Shown: positions 37,162-48,400 of the stretch, one piece after another
How the letters are laid out: every line of letters begins with the position of its first letter
How positions within the stretch are numbered: position 1 is the first letter of the stretch
Assembly: GCA_965276655.1 (NCBI GenBank)
Contig: CBDIBD010000002.1
Coordinates: forward strand, 277,923-341,922
Length of the DNA: 64,000 nt
Source of the DNA: Acetobacteraceae bacterium
Lineage (GTDB): Bacteria; Pseudomonadota; Alphaproteobacteria; Acetobacterales; Acetobacteraceae
Direction: 5' to 3'
Notes under the pieces: generated by a model
The model's database searches: none
Told to the model about the DNA's origin: nothing
The model's input: the letters and a program-made list of their open reading frames with translations, nothing else
Translations under genes and position numbers: made by a program

Positions 37162-37496
37162 GTTGGCGCCTCCTCCTGGTGACGCTCGCGCTGCCCTTCG
37201 CCGCCTACGCGCATCCGCCTGCCTGTGCCAGCTGGCCCACGAACATGGCGATGGTCTATCTCAAGAACGCCGGTATCACTGATCCCACGAAGCTCGACGA
37301 GCGCGCCACGAAAGCAACCCTGCTCGCCGCCCAACCAATCGGGAAGGGCGTCTACAAGGAGATCTACGACATTGTCTTCCGCGAGAAGACCGGCAAGCTC
37401 GTGGAGGTCGTCACATCGAACGAGGCATCGGAGGAAGAGTGTTCCTTGACGGCGGTGGACGTCTACGTCGTGTCCCGGAGGCTCGGCGGTCGCTGA
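37158..37496 (+). CDS. Periplasmic immunity-protein candidate (112 aa)
   Basis: ATGA overlap with the toxin candidate. Sec signal peptide MSWRLLLVTLALPFAAYA. No family recognised; the role is inferred from context. Confidence 0.5.
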   Translation: MSWRLLLVTLALPFAAYAHPPACASWPTNMAMVYLKNAGITDPTKLDERATKATLLAAQPIGKGVYKEIYDIVFREKTGKLVEVVTSNEASEEECSLTAVDVYVVSRRLGGR

Positions 37497-37528
37497 GGTC
37501 AAGGAGACCGCATGTGCCGGCGGCTCAT

Positions 37529-38665
37529 TCAAACCATGCCGGCAAGCGCACCGAGGACGACGACGAGGAGCGGAGGCATGCGCCAGAACGTCAGCAGCAT
37601 GAACGCTCCCAGAGCGAGCGCCGCATCGGCCGGACCGGACACCGCACCGGTCCAGACCGGATCATAGAGGGCCCCGGCCAGCAGCCCGACCACCGCGGCG
37701 TTGACGCCGCGCATCGCGGCCTCTGCGGCCGCAAGCGACCGGACGGCGTCCCAGAACGGCAGCACGCCGATCAGCAGCAGAATTCCCGGCAGGAAGATCG
37801 CCACGAGCGCGATCATCGCGCCCGGCAGCCCATGCGTCACCGCGCCGAGATAGGCGGCAAATGTGAACAACGGTCCCGGAACCGCCTGTGCGGCGCCGTA
37901 GCCCGCGAGGAAGGCGCTGTTCGACACCCAGCCCGGCGTCACGACGGCGTCGCGCAGCAGCGGCAGCACCACGTGGCCGCCGCCGAACACGAGCGCGCCC
38001 GACCGGTAGAAGGCGTCGAATTCCGCACCTTCCCAGCCAGCGCCGCGCGCCAGCGGAAGCAGCAGCAATCCGGCGAACAGTGCCAGGCATCCGGTCGCCA
38101 CGAAGCGCGGCACGGTCACCGCAACCGATACAGGCAACCCGTCGGATGGAGCATTCGACCGGCAAAACCCGAGACCGGTGGCCGCACCCAGAACGATCGT
38201 CGCGATCTGTCCGGCCGGCCCGGGCCGCAACAGGACCAGGATCGCCGCGAGTGCGGCGATGCTCGCGCGTGGCCGGTCCGGACACAGCGACCGCGCCATG
38301 CTCCGGACCGCCTCGGCCACGATCGCGACCGCCACGAGCCTGAGCCCGTGCAATGCCCCGTGTCCGGCGATCCAGGGCGCACCATAGGCGAACAGCACCA
38401 GCAGCGCCGCCGATGGCAACGTGAAGCCGGCCCATGCCGCGAGCCCGCCGGCCAAGCCCCCGCGCAGCAGCCCGATCGCGAAACCGGTCTGGCTGGAAGC
38501 CGGCCCCGGCAGGAACTGGCACAGCGCCACGAGGTCCGCAAATTCCCGCTCGCCGAGCCATCGCCGGCGCCCCACGAACTCCGCCCGGAAATAACCGAGA
38601 TGCGCGACCGGCCCCCCGAAGCTGGTCAGGCCGAGCCTCAGAAACGCGACGAACACCTCAGTCAT
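37529..38665 (-). CDS. chrA: Chromate transporter (CHR family)
   Basis: FLRLGLTSFGGPVAHLGY and the second-half repeat ALVFGGGHVVLPLL. The likely start is ATG 38665 (MTEV). The track's TTG at 38674 lies inside a repeat element. Confidence 0.9.
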   Translation of the reverse strand: MTEVFVAFLRLGLTSFGGPVAHLGYFRAEFVGRRRWLGEREFADLVALCQFLPGPASSQTGFAIGLLRGGLAGGLAAWAGFTLPSAALLVLFAYGAPWIAGHGALHGLRLVAVAIVAEAVRSMARSLCPDRPRASIAALAAILVLLRPGPAGQIATIVLGAATGLGFCRSNAPSDGLPVSVAVTVPRFVATGCLALFAGLLLLPLARGAGWEGAEFDAFYRSGALVFGGGHVVLPLLRDAVVTPGWVSNSAFLAGYGAAQAVPGPLFTFAAYLGAVTHGLPGAMIALVAIFLPGILLLIGVLPFWDAVRSLAAAEAAMRGVNAAVVGLLAGALYDPVWTGAVSGPADAALALGAFMLLTFWRMPPLLVVVLGALAGMV

Positions 38666-38722
38666 GGTTTCCAAAGGCGCCTGCCTTTGGCGGGGTTGCA
38701 GGGGCAGCGCCCCTGCGAGGTT
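38666..38722. repeat. GC-rich double-hairpin repeat (family member c)
   Basis: ggtttccaaaggc-gcct-gcctttggcgggg then gcagggg-cagcg-cccctgc. The reverse complement aligns with 55509-55553, including the gcctttggaaaccat junction. Confidence 0.65.
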
Positions 38723-39813
38723 CAGCGTGCGATCTCCACCGGAACCGACACCAGTGCGCCGGCAGGGACCGGCGCATTGACGCCCGCCGGAAGCCGCAAC
38801 TCCGACCCATCCCCGACGTCACGCCGGTAGATCTCGCCATGGTTGCCGACGGCCTGGATCGCCCGCGACAGAAAGCGATCATCGAGCCCCAGCGCGCGGC
38901 CGATCCAGACGTCCGCGCCGACCAGCCGCCGCACGATCGGGTCACGCGAGGTCCGCGCCAGATCAGCCACGTTCGCGCGTGCCACGCCATGCTCCTCGGC
39001 CTGCAGCAGCCCATTGTCCACGGCGGTCACGATCGTCATCAGGCGGCGATCGGTCTCCCGCATCGCCGGCGCGAGCGGGTCGACGGTGACGGTCCGAGCC
39101 AGGATCGCGAAGGTCTTCAAGGCCGGCAGCGAGAGGCGGAGGTTGGCGAGTTCGGTGATGTCGCCGGTGACGAGGTTGCAATGGTTGGTCGCAAGCGCGG
39201 CGAGCATCTCGCCTCGCTCCTGGAACGGGAACGGCGTGAACGCCACGCCGAGCTCGTCGAGGCGGTTGCGCACGGTGTCCATCGCCGGCGTCCCGTCGAT
39301 CCAGCAGACACGCGCACCCTTGATGTCGGCCAGTCGCGTGATCCCGAGCTTGGGATCGACCAGGAAGCCCTGCCCGTCGATCAGTATCGGCGGAGCGAAG
39401 GCGAGGTGCATCGCCAGTCCGAGCGCGGGATCGGGAGTGGCCCCCAGCATGATGTCGGCGCGGTGATCGCGCACCTCCCGCAATCCGGAAATCTCGTCGC
39501 GCCCGGCGTCGATGACCGCCCGCGCCGGATCGCCGAGAATGGAGGCCGCCAGTGCACGGCAATAGTCGGTCTCGAATGCGGAGAGGTTGCCGTGTCCGTC
39601 AAACTCGGAATAATCGTCGGTGTCGATGTTGACCGCGCAGACCAGATGGCCGCGTGCTCGGATGTCATCGAGCGTGTCGGCACGCGCAGGGCGCCCGCAC
39701 AGACCGAGCAGGGCGAGACAGGCGAACACGACCAGTCGCGGTCGCCGGATGTCGCACCGTCCGAGGAGGCCGGCGAATGCCGGCCCCTCCGTCGATGCGT
39801 CGAGGATCGGCAA
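38722..39813 (-). CDS. Amino-acid ABC transporter substrate-binding protein (family 3, AapJ-like), orphan
   Basis: Signal peptide followed by DTLDDIRARGHLVCAV..., typical of polar amino-acid binding proteins. No cognate permease or ATPase is adjacent. Confidence 0.75.
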   Translation of the reverse strand: MPILDASTEGPAFAGLLGRCDIRRPRLVVFACLALLGLCGRPARADTLDDIRARGHLVCAVNIDTDDYSEFDGHGNLSAFETDYCRALAASILGDPARAVIDAGRDEISGLREVRDHRADIMLGATPDPALGLAMHLAFAPPILIDGQGFLVDPKLGITRLADIKGARVCWIDGTPAMDTVRNRLDELGVAFTPFPFQERGEMLAALATNHCNLVTGDITELANLRLSLPALKTFAILARTVTVDPLAPAMRETDRRLMTIVTAVDNGLLQAEEHGVARANVADLARTSRDPIVRRLVGADVWIGRALGLDDRFLSRAIQAVGNHGEIYRRDVGDGSELRLPAGVNAPVPAGALVSVPVEIAR

Positions 39814-39819
39814 GCCGGA

Positions 39820-41874
39820 TCAGGGCGTCCAGGTGCCGCTGGTGGGAATGCCGGGGGTGGCGCTCGGACGCGGATTGAAGTCGGCCGGCGCCGGATCGAT
39901 GACCGTCCCGTCCGGCTTGAAGTCGGTCGGCGTCACCCCGATCGCCTTGCAGCCGCCCTGTGCCGCGTAGTGAGGCAAGGAATGCACCACGGCCGGATCG
40001 ATCTCGGCGAAGCTCGCCGGGATCGGGGATGAAGCCCCCGTCAGACGGGCGTTGTCGAACGCCGGGAACAGGTCACCGATATCGGGAACCCCGTCATCGG
40101 CCGGCGACAGATAAAGCTGGCCGAGCTTGAAGAAGCCTTCGAGGCGCCCGAGAAGCTCGTCGGGCAGGTCGGCAAGCGGCGCCAGCCCGTACAGCTCGTT
40201 GATGAACTTGATGACCGAGCTGTGCTCCGAATACTGCTTGACGATCACGTGCGAGCTTCCGAACGGGGAGATCACGATCGCCGGAATGCGCGGGCCGCCG
40301 TCGATCGGCTTGCCTTCCGGATCGAGGCTGCGGATCTTGAGCTGCTGGTGATCGTAGAAACCATCGGTCTCGTCGTAGGTGATGATGATCGCGCTCTGGC
40401 TCCAGTAACGGGAGTGCGCGATCGCATTGACCGTGTCGGCGACCGACGCCTCCGAGATCTGCGAGTCGGAGTAGCCGCCGTGGTCGTCGTTGCCCGCGAA
40501 CGAGACGGCGAGCTTGGGGTTCGGATCGACCGGCTTGAGATGATCGAGATTGCCGTAGCCGCCCCTGACGTAATAGACGCCGCCGCTGGCCGCGAGATTG
40601 CCGTTGGCGACGTCGTCGTAGAAATGCCCCTCGCCGAACAGGTGCTTTTGCGCGACCTGCGCATTGTCGGCGACGTAGCCGAAATATTGCGGACCCTCGT
40701 GATGCACGATGTAGTCGTTGTGCGGGTTGGTCGGCGTGGTGTTGCTCGGGTCACCCGGCTCGGTGTCGAAGCCGAGCTGATACCAGGCCCAGTTGGTCGG
40801 CGGCAGGTTCTCGCCGGCGATCGCCGTGATGTCGTTCTGCACATCGGCGAGATCGACCGTGGGGTTCTGGTCGGTGGCCACGACCTGCCTGATCTTGCCG
40901 CCCATGAACGAGAGCGGCAGGCTGGCATAGGTCTGGTTGATCGCCGGTTTGGCCGGGTTCTCGTCGCCGGGATTGTAGGGCGGCTTGATGGCCGATGGAT
41001 CGAGGTTCGAGCCGGCGAACGGACCGGGATCGGCGTAGATCGGCACACCGCTCGCCGCATAGGCTGTGTTGGCCGTGCTGACGTTCGGGTGCAGGGCCCA
41101 CTGGGTCAGGCCCGATTGCCCGGCGATCATCGCGACCGCGTTGGGCGTCGACGGCCCGATCACCGACTGGTGGAAGGCGTCGAACATCGCGAAGCGGTCG
41201 GCGTACTGCCACAGGAACGGAATGGTGTCGCAGTCGATATGGGCCATGTCGAGCTCGGCCATCTGCTTCTGCGCAAGCAACGGCGGGGTCGACGAGGGCA
41301 AGCCGCTCGCGAGCCCGACCACCTGGCCGGCCGCGTTGGTCGTCAGCTTCTCCTCATTGAGCGCGTAGCGGTCGTTCGCCGCGAGGTTCTGCTTGTCGAA
41401 ATGGAGGTCGTTCTCGTAACCCGCCTGCGAGTGATCGACGCTGGCGACGTCAGCCGGGTAGAGCGGCACCGTCTTGCCGTTCACGTCCTTGACCGCCTGC
41501 GGGATCAGGAAAGGCGTGATCGTGGCGGTCTTGTTGTCGGTGCCCTGAATCTTCTGGCTGAAACCGAGCACCTGGGAGGAGGGCTGGTCGAACAGTCCGT
41601 CCGCCTTCGGAAACGTCCCGAAATAATGATCGAACGACCGGTTCTCCTGGAAGATCACGAACACGTACTTGATCTTCTGGCGCAGCAGCGCCTGCTTCAT
41701 CGCGTGCGACAGGACCGGCTCGCTGGCCGGGCTGGTCGCGTATTGCATCGCGGCCGGACTCGAGGGCGCGCCCGGCACCACGTCCGGAGCAGCCGACGCC
41801 AGCGCCGGCTGTGCAACAAGAGACGTGATCGCGATCGTCGCGCACGTCGATTTCCACCACTGCCTGGATGTCAT
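39820..41874 (-). CDS. Secreted phosphoesterase-family protein (PF04185; phospholipase C / acid phosphatase AcpA-like)
   Basis: Signal peptide, then IKYVFVIFQENRSFDHYFGTFP. C-terminal ITYDETDGFYDH. Confidence 0.85.
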   Translation of the reverse strand: MTSRQWWKSTCATIAITSLVAQPALASAAPDVVPGAPSSPAAMQYATSPASEPVLSHAMKQALLRQKIKYVFVIFQENRSFDHYFGTFPKADGLFDQPSSQVLGFSQKIQGTDNKTATITPFLIPQAVKDVNGKTVPLYPADVASVDHSQAGYENDLHFDKQNLAANDRYALNEEKLTTNAAGQVVGLASGLPSSTPPLLAQKQMAELDMAHIDCDTIPFLWQYADRFAMFDAFHQSVIGPSTPNAVAMIAGQSGLTQWALHPNVSTANTAYAASGVPIYADPGPFAGSNLDPSAIKPPYNPGDENPAKPAINQTYASLPLSFMGGKIRQVVATDQNPTVDLADVQNDITAIAGENLPPTNWAWYQLGFDTEPGDPSNTTPTNPHNDYIVHHEGPQYFGYVADNAQVAQKHLFGEGHFYDDVANGNLAASGGVYYVRGGYGNLDHLKPVDPNPKLAVSFAGNDDHGGYSDSQISEASVADTVNAIAHSRYWSQSAIIITYDETDGFYDHQQLKIRSLDPEGKPIDGGPRIPAIVISPFGSSHVIVKQYSEHSSVIKFINELYGLAPLADLPDELLGRLEGFFKLGQLYLSPADDGVPDIGDLFPAFDNARLTGASSPIPASFAEIDPAVVHSLPHYAAQGGCKAIGVTPTDFKPDGTVIDPAPADFNPRPSATPGIPTSGTWTP

Positions 41875-41963
41875 CGATCTTCCTGCCGGTCATGCTTCGT
41901 GGTCCGGCCCGGGATCGGGCGGTCCTCACGCGGCGGACACTGCCCCGGCCGCCCACGCTGTTG

Positions 41964-41984
41964 TGATGAAGCTTTGATGAAAGG
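41964..41984 (-). promoter_or_regulatory. Pho-box-like element upstream of the phosphoesterase gene
   Basis: The minus strand reads CTTTCAT-CAAA-GCTTCAT (TCAT cores 11 nt apart). It lies about 90-110 nt upstream of the ATG at 41874, in the same orientation as the gene. Confidence 0.3.
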
Positions 41985-42000
41985 AGCAGCGTGCCTCCAC

Positions 42001-43220
<1,220 letters not shown>

Positions 43221-43224
<4 letters not shown>

Positions 43225-43739
43225 GGCGACCTCCCTTTCACGATCAGCGGCTGGCCCGCGACGATCAACACGACATGCCCCGCGAGCGCCGCCAATCGCT
43301 GATTGAGCAGCCCCGCATGATCGCGGAACCGGCGCGACAGCGCATCCCCTGGCACGATGCCGAGCCCGGTCTCGTTCGATACCAGGATGGTCGGATGCGT
43401 GCGAACGGCAACCGCGCGCTCGACCGCGCCGACATGGGCCGACACGTCGGCCTCCGCGAGCAGCAGATTGGTCAGCCACAGCGTCAGGCAATCGACCAGG
43501 ACCGGTGCCGCGGCCTGAAGTGCCGCCGCCAGATCGATCGGCGCCTCGATCGTGCGCCAGTCCGCCGGCCGCCGCGCGCGATGCGCCTCGATGCGGTCGC
43601 GCATCTCGTCGTCGAACCCCTGCCCGGTCGCCACATAGACCACGCCTGCATGCGCGCCGATCAAACCTTCCGCATAGGCGCTCTTGCCCGACCGGGCGCC
43701 GCCGAGCACGAGCGTGATGCGATTGACTTCGGCGGTCAT
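43221..43739 (-). CDS. cobP: Bifunctional adenosylcobinamide kinase / adenosylcobinamide-phosphate guanylyltransferase
   Basis: P-loop LGGARSGKS. 172 aa. The stop overlaps the gcdH start (ATGA). Confidence 0.9.
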
Positions 43740-43754
43740 CGGCTCAAACCTTCG

Positions 43755-43940
43755 TCCACGACGGTGCCGCCCGCGAGGGCGGTGAAAAGGGAATGCGGTT
43801 CGATGCCGCGGCTGCCCCCGCAACTGTAGGCGAAGAGCGCGCCACCGACACGCCACTGGGTCACCCGTCACGGGCGGTCCCGGGAAGGCCGGGGTGCCGC
43901 CGGACATCACCGGCGCTTCGCGAGCCAGGAGACCTGCCGT
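43755..43940 (+). ncRNA. Cobalamin (AdoCbl) riboswitch
   Basis: Conserved blocks appear in the canonical order: GGTGCC, GGTGAAAAGGGAA, GCTGCCCCCGCAACTGTA, GCCACTGG, GGGAAGGCC and the B12 box AGCCAGGAGACCTGCC (43922-43937). It lies upstream of DUF1636-cobW-cobN. Confidence 0.85.
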
Positions 43941-44042
43941 CCGCGTTGGGACCGAGCGACCGGGCGGGGTGCCCCGGTGCGTGCTCCCGCATCGCCCGCT
44001 GGGTCCGGGGGATGCGGGCGGTCGTGCATCCGCGAGGACCGC

Positions 44043-44384
44043 ATGAGACCCGTTCTGCATGTCTGCATCACCTGCCGGATGGGGCGGGACCTGGAGGACG
44101 AACGGCCGCCGGGCCTCGACCTGCACGACGCGATCGCATCGCGCGCCGGTGGCATCGCCGAGGTGCGCGCGGTCAGATGCCTTGCCGCCTGCAGCCGCGG
44201 CTGCACCGCCGCGATCGAAAGCCCGGGCAAATGGACGACGCTGCTGGGCGGCCTCGCGCCCGCGGTCGCGGACGATCTGATCGACTACGCGTCCGTCTAC
44301 GCCGCGTCGTCGTCGGGTGCGGTGCTGCCGTCGCGGCGCGCCGAGAGCCTCCGCCATGCGATCATCGGACGGTTCCCCGGATGA
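44043..44384 (+). CDS. DUF1636-type Cys-rich metal-binding protein of cob operons
   Basis: MRPVLHVCITCR...RCLAACSRGC cysteine pattern. It is the first gene after the riboswitch, and the cobW ATG overlaps its stop (ATGA). Confidence 0.7.
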   Translation: MRPVLHVCITCRMGRDLEDERPPGLDLHDAIASRAGGIAEVRAVRCLAACSRGCTAAIESPGKWTTLLGGLAPAVADDLIDYASVYAASSSGAVLPSRRAESLRHAIIGRFPG

Positions 44385-45415
44385 CCGCGCGAATTCCAGC
44401 GACCATTGTCAGCGGCTTCCTCGGCGCCGGCAAGACCAGCCTGGTGCGCCATCTGCTGGCCCACGCCGGCGGCCGCCGCCTCGCCATCATCGTCAACGAA
44501 TTCGGCGCGCTGGGCATCGACGGCGCCACGCTGCGCGATTGCGGCATCCCCGGCTGTGACGACGTGGTCGAACTCGCCAACGGCTGCCTCTGCTGCACGG
44601 TGGCCGACGAGTTCCTGCCGGCGATGCTCGCCCTGCTCGACCGGCCGCACCCGCCCGACCACATCGTCATCGAGACGTCGGGCTTGGCCCTTCCCAAGCC
44701 GCTGATCAAGGCGTTCGGCTGGCCCGAGGTGCGCGCCCGGGTGACGGTCGACGGCGTGATCACGGTCGTCGACGCGCCGGCGGTGCTGGCGGGCCGGTTC
44801 GCCGATGACCCCGACGCGGTCGCGGCCGCGCGCGCGGAGGATCCTTCGCTCGACCACGACAACCCGCTCGCCGAGGTGTTCGAGGACCAGCTCGCGGCCG
44901 CCGACCTGGTGGTGCTCAACAAGGCCGACCTGCTGGCCGATCCCGCCTCGCTGTCGCGCGAGCTCGGCGCCAGGCTGCGGCCCGGCGTGCGTGTGATCGA
45001 GGCCGCCTTCGGCCAGGTTCCGCCGGCCGCCCTGCTCGGCATCGGGGCCGCCGCCGAGAACGATCTCGACGGACGGCCGTCCTGCCACGACGCGGAGGAT
45101 CTGGCGCACGAGCACGACGACTTCACGTCCTTCGTGGTCGAGCTGCCGGAGATCGCCGACGCGGACGACCTGCTCGCGCGTCTCGCGCGCGCGATCGAGG
45201 CGCACGACATCCTGCGCGTCAAAGGGTTGGCGGCGGTGCGCGGCAAGCAGCGCTGGCTGGACGTCCAGGGCGTCGGCCCGCGCCTGCGCCGCGAGTTCGG
45301 GCGTCCCATCACCCCGGACGAGACGCGGTCCGGCCATCTGGTGGTGATCGGCCGCGCGTGTCTCGACCAGGCGGCGATCGCCGGCACGATCGCACCGGCG
45401 CCCGAGACGGTCTGA
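44381..45415 (+). CDS. cobW: Cobalamin biosynthesis GTPase/metallochaperone CobW (COG0523)
   Basis: Motifs GFLGAGKTSL, GCLCCTV and a His/Asp-rich stretch (HDAEDLAHEHDD). Confidence 0.9.
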   Translation: MTARIPATIVSGFLGAGKTSLVRHLLAHAGGRRLAIIVNEFGALGIDGATLRDCGIPGCDDVVELANGCLCCTVADEFLPAMLALLDRPHPPDHIVIETSGLALPKPLIKAFGWPEVRARVTVDGVITVVDAPAVLAGRFADDPDAVAAARAEDPSLDHDNPLAEVFEDQLAAADLVVLNKADLLADPASLSRELGARLRPGVRVIEAAFGQVPPAALLGIGAAAENDLDGRPSCHDAEDLAHEHDDFTSFVVELPEIADADDLLARLARAIEAHDILRVKGLAAVRGKQRWLDVQGVGPRLRREFGRPITPDETRSGHLVVIGRACLDQAAIAGTIAPAPETV

Positions 45416-45416
45416 G

Positions 45417-48400
45417 ATGCACCTGCTCGTCAGGGAGCGGACCTCGCTCGACGAGACGAGCCCCGCCGAGGATCTCGGCCTCCCGCCCGCCGACCTGGTG
45501 TTCCTGTCGTTCTCCGACAGCGATCTCGCCTCGGTCGGCCGGGCACCACGCCCGCCGGGATCGAGCGTACTCGCGGTCGCACTCGCCCGCCTGATCCATC
45601 CGATGTCGGTCGACCTGTTCGTCGAGCGCACGCTGCCCGGCTCCGGCGTGGTGGTGGTCCGGCTGCTCGGCGGTCTCGATTACTGGCGCTATGGCGCCGA
45701 GGAGCTGGCCGCCGCCTGCCGGCGTGCCGCGGTCCCGCTCGCGATGGTGGCCGGCGACCGGCGTGACGACGAGCGGCTCGCTTCGCTGTCGACGGTGGAC
45801 GCCGCGGTGCTCGCGCGCCTCGACGCGATGCTGGGCGAGGGCGGCCCGGCGAACGCGGCGCGCGCGGTGCGGCTCGCGCTCGCGATCGGCGGCCGCCTCG
45901 CCGACGACGGCGCGGACGCCGACCCGCTTCCGACCTTCGGCGTCCACGACTTCGGTGTCGCCACGCCATCGCCCTGCGTCGGCCGCGCGGCGATCGTCCT
46001 CTACCGGTCGCACCTCCTGGCCGACGACGTCGCACCTCACGCGGCCCTCGCGCACGCGCTCGCGGCGCGCGGCCTCGAGACCCGCGCTTGGTTCGTCGAC
46101 AGCCCGCGCAACCCGTCGAGCGCCGCGCTGCTTGCCGGCGCATTGCGGAACTACGCACCGCGCGCGGTGCTGAACGCGACCGCTTTCTCGGCCCGCGGGT
46201 CCGCCGGCGCGCCGCTGGAGGCGCCCGGGGTCCCGGTGCTGCAACTGGTGCTGGCCGGCAGCGACCGCGCCGGCTGGGAGGCCTCGAGCCGCGGCCTGTC
46301 GCCGCAGGACCTGGCGATGCAGGTGGTGCTGCCGGAACTCGACGGACGGCTGCTCACCACCGCGATCGGCTGCAAGACCGAACTTCACGGCGTCCGGCGC
46401 AGCGCACCCCTCGACGCGGGCGTCGCACTCGCCGCCGACCGGGCGGCCGGCTGGATTCGCCTGGCCACGACCGTCCCCGCGCGCCGGCGCATCGCGATCG
46501 TGCTGTCGGACTACCCCGGCGCGTCCGGGGCCACGCATGCCGTCGGCCATGCGGTCGGGCTCGACAGCCTCGCGAGCCTGGCCGCGATCCTCGGATGGCT
46601 CCGCCACGCGGAATACGATCTAGGCGACCTGCCCCTGCCGTCGGCCGCCGGCCTGACCAAGGCGCTGCTCGCGTCGCGCCGCCGGCTGGTCCGCTTCGGC
46701 CGCATCGTCGTCGCCGTGCAGCCCGCTCGCGGCGGCGCCTACCACGATCCGGACGCGCCGCCGTCGCGGCCCTACGCCGCCTTCCACCGATGGCTGCGCG
46801 CCAGCGCCGACGCCGTCGTGCATCTCGGCACGCACGGCACGCTCGAATGGCTGCCGGGCAAGGCGGTCGCCCTGTCCGGGACCTGCTGGCCGGTCGCGCT
46901 GCTGCGCGGCTTGCCGGTGATCTACCCGTTCATCGTCAACAACCCCGGCGAGGCGGCGGTCGCCAAACGCCGCCTCGGCGCGGTCACGATCGGGCACCTG
47001 ACGCCGCCGCTGGTCGCGGCCGGATTGTCGGGCGAGGCGCGCGCGGTTGAGCTGCTGATCGACGAGTTCGCCGCCTGCGACGGGATGGACCGGCGCCGCG
47101 CCTCGATGCTGCGCGCCGACATCCTCGAGCGCGCCGCGTCCTCCGGGTTGCTGGCCGAAGCCGGGGCGACCGAGGACGCCACGCTGGACGATGATCGGCT
47201 CGCGACCCTCGACGCTTATCTCTGCGACGTGAAGGAGCTGCGGATCGCGGACGGTCTGCACGTGTTCGGCCGTCCCCCCGCCGGACGCGCCGCCCTGCTC
47301 GACGCGGTCGGCGCCGCCCACGCACCGGCTCTCGACGCCTCCGCCGGCTGCGAACGCGCCGCACTGCTCGCGGCCCTCGACGGCCGGTTCGTCGAACCCG
47401 GACCCGCGGGCGCGCCGAGCCGCGGACGCGCGGACGTGCTGCCGACGGGGCGCAACCTCACCGGCATCGATCCGCGCTCGATCCCGACGCCGAGCGCCGT
47501 GCGGCTCGCCGCGCGGACGGCGGACGCCCTGCTCGCCCGGCATCTGCAGGAGACCGGCGAGCCGCTGCAGCGGCTGGTGCTCGATCTGTGGGGCAGCGCC
47601 AGCCTGCGCACGGGCGGCGAGGATCTGGCGCTGGCGCTGGTGCTGATGGGCGCCGAGCCGGTGTGGGACGAGGCCGGCCGGCTCAGCGCCGTCGAGATCC
47701 TGCCGCCGGCGCTGCTCGACCGGCCGCGCGTCGACGTGACGCTGCGCGTCTCGGGCCTATTCCGCGACGCGTTCGCGGGCCAGATCGCGCTGTTCGACCA
47801 GACGGCACGCAGACTGGCGGGTGCGGCGCGGATCTTCGGCCCGGCCTCGGGATGTTTCGGCGCCGGACATGACTGGCTCGCCGCGTCCGGCTTCGCGTAT
47901 GGCGCGACGGCCGACGGCGTCCCGGCGGCCGGCGCGCTCGCCGCGCTGACCCGGGCCGCCGACGCGTTCGTCCATCAGCAGGACCACCACGAGACCGACC
48001 TCCTCGACGGCCCCGACCACGCGGCGCACGAGGGCGGCTTCGCGCGCGCCGCCGCCTCGCTCGGCAACGCGCCGGCGCTCTACCACATCGACATCGCGGA
48101 CGCGCCGCGCGTGCGGCTTGTCGCCGACGAGATCAAGCGCGTCGTGCGCGGCCGGCTCGCCAACCCGGCCTGGCTCGCCGGCATGCGCCGTCACGGCTAT
48201 CGCGGTGCGTCGGAGATGGCGCGCGGTCTCGAGGCGCTGGCGGATTTTGCGCGCGCGCTGCCCGACCGGTTCGACGCGCAATTCGACCTCGCGGCGGCGG
48301 CGTTGCTCAACGACGAGGAAAATCTCGCCTTCCTGGAGTCCGCCAACGACGAAGCCCTGGCCGCGATCAAGCGCACGCTCGGCGCGATGCGTGACGAGGA

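Noticed and set aside
36651-37552. Calling the toxin/immunity cassette a mobile element
   Set aside because: No integrase, transposase, inverted terminal repeats or tRNA target was found. Only the duplicated chrA 3' end and the lower GC support acquisition, so it is reported as a finding rather than as a mobile_element feature.
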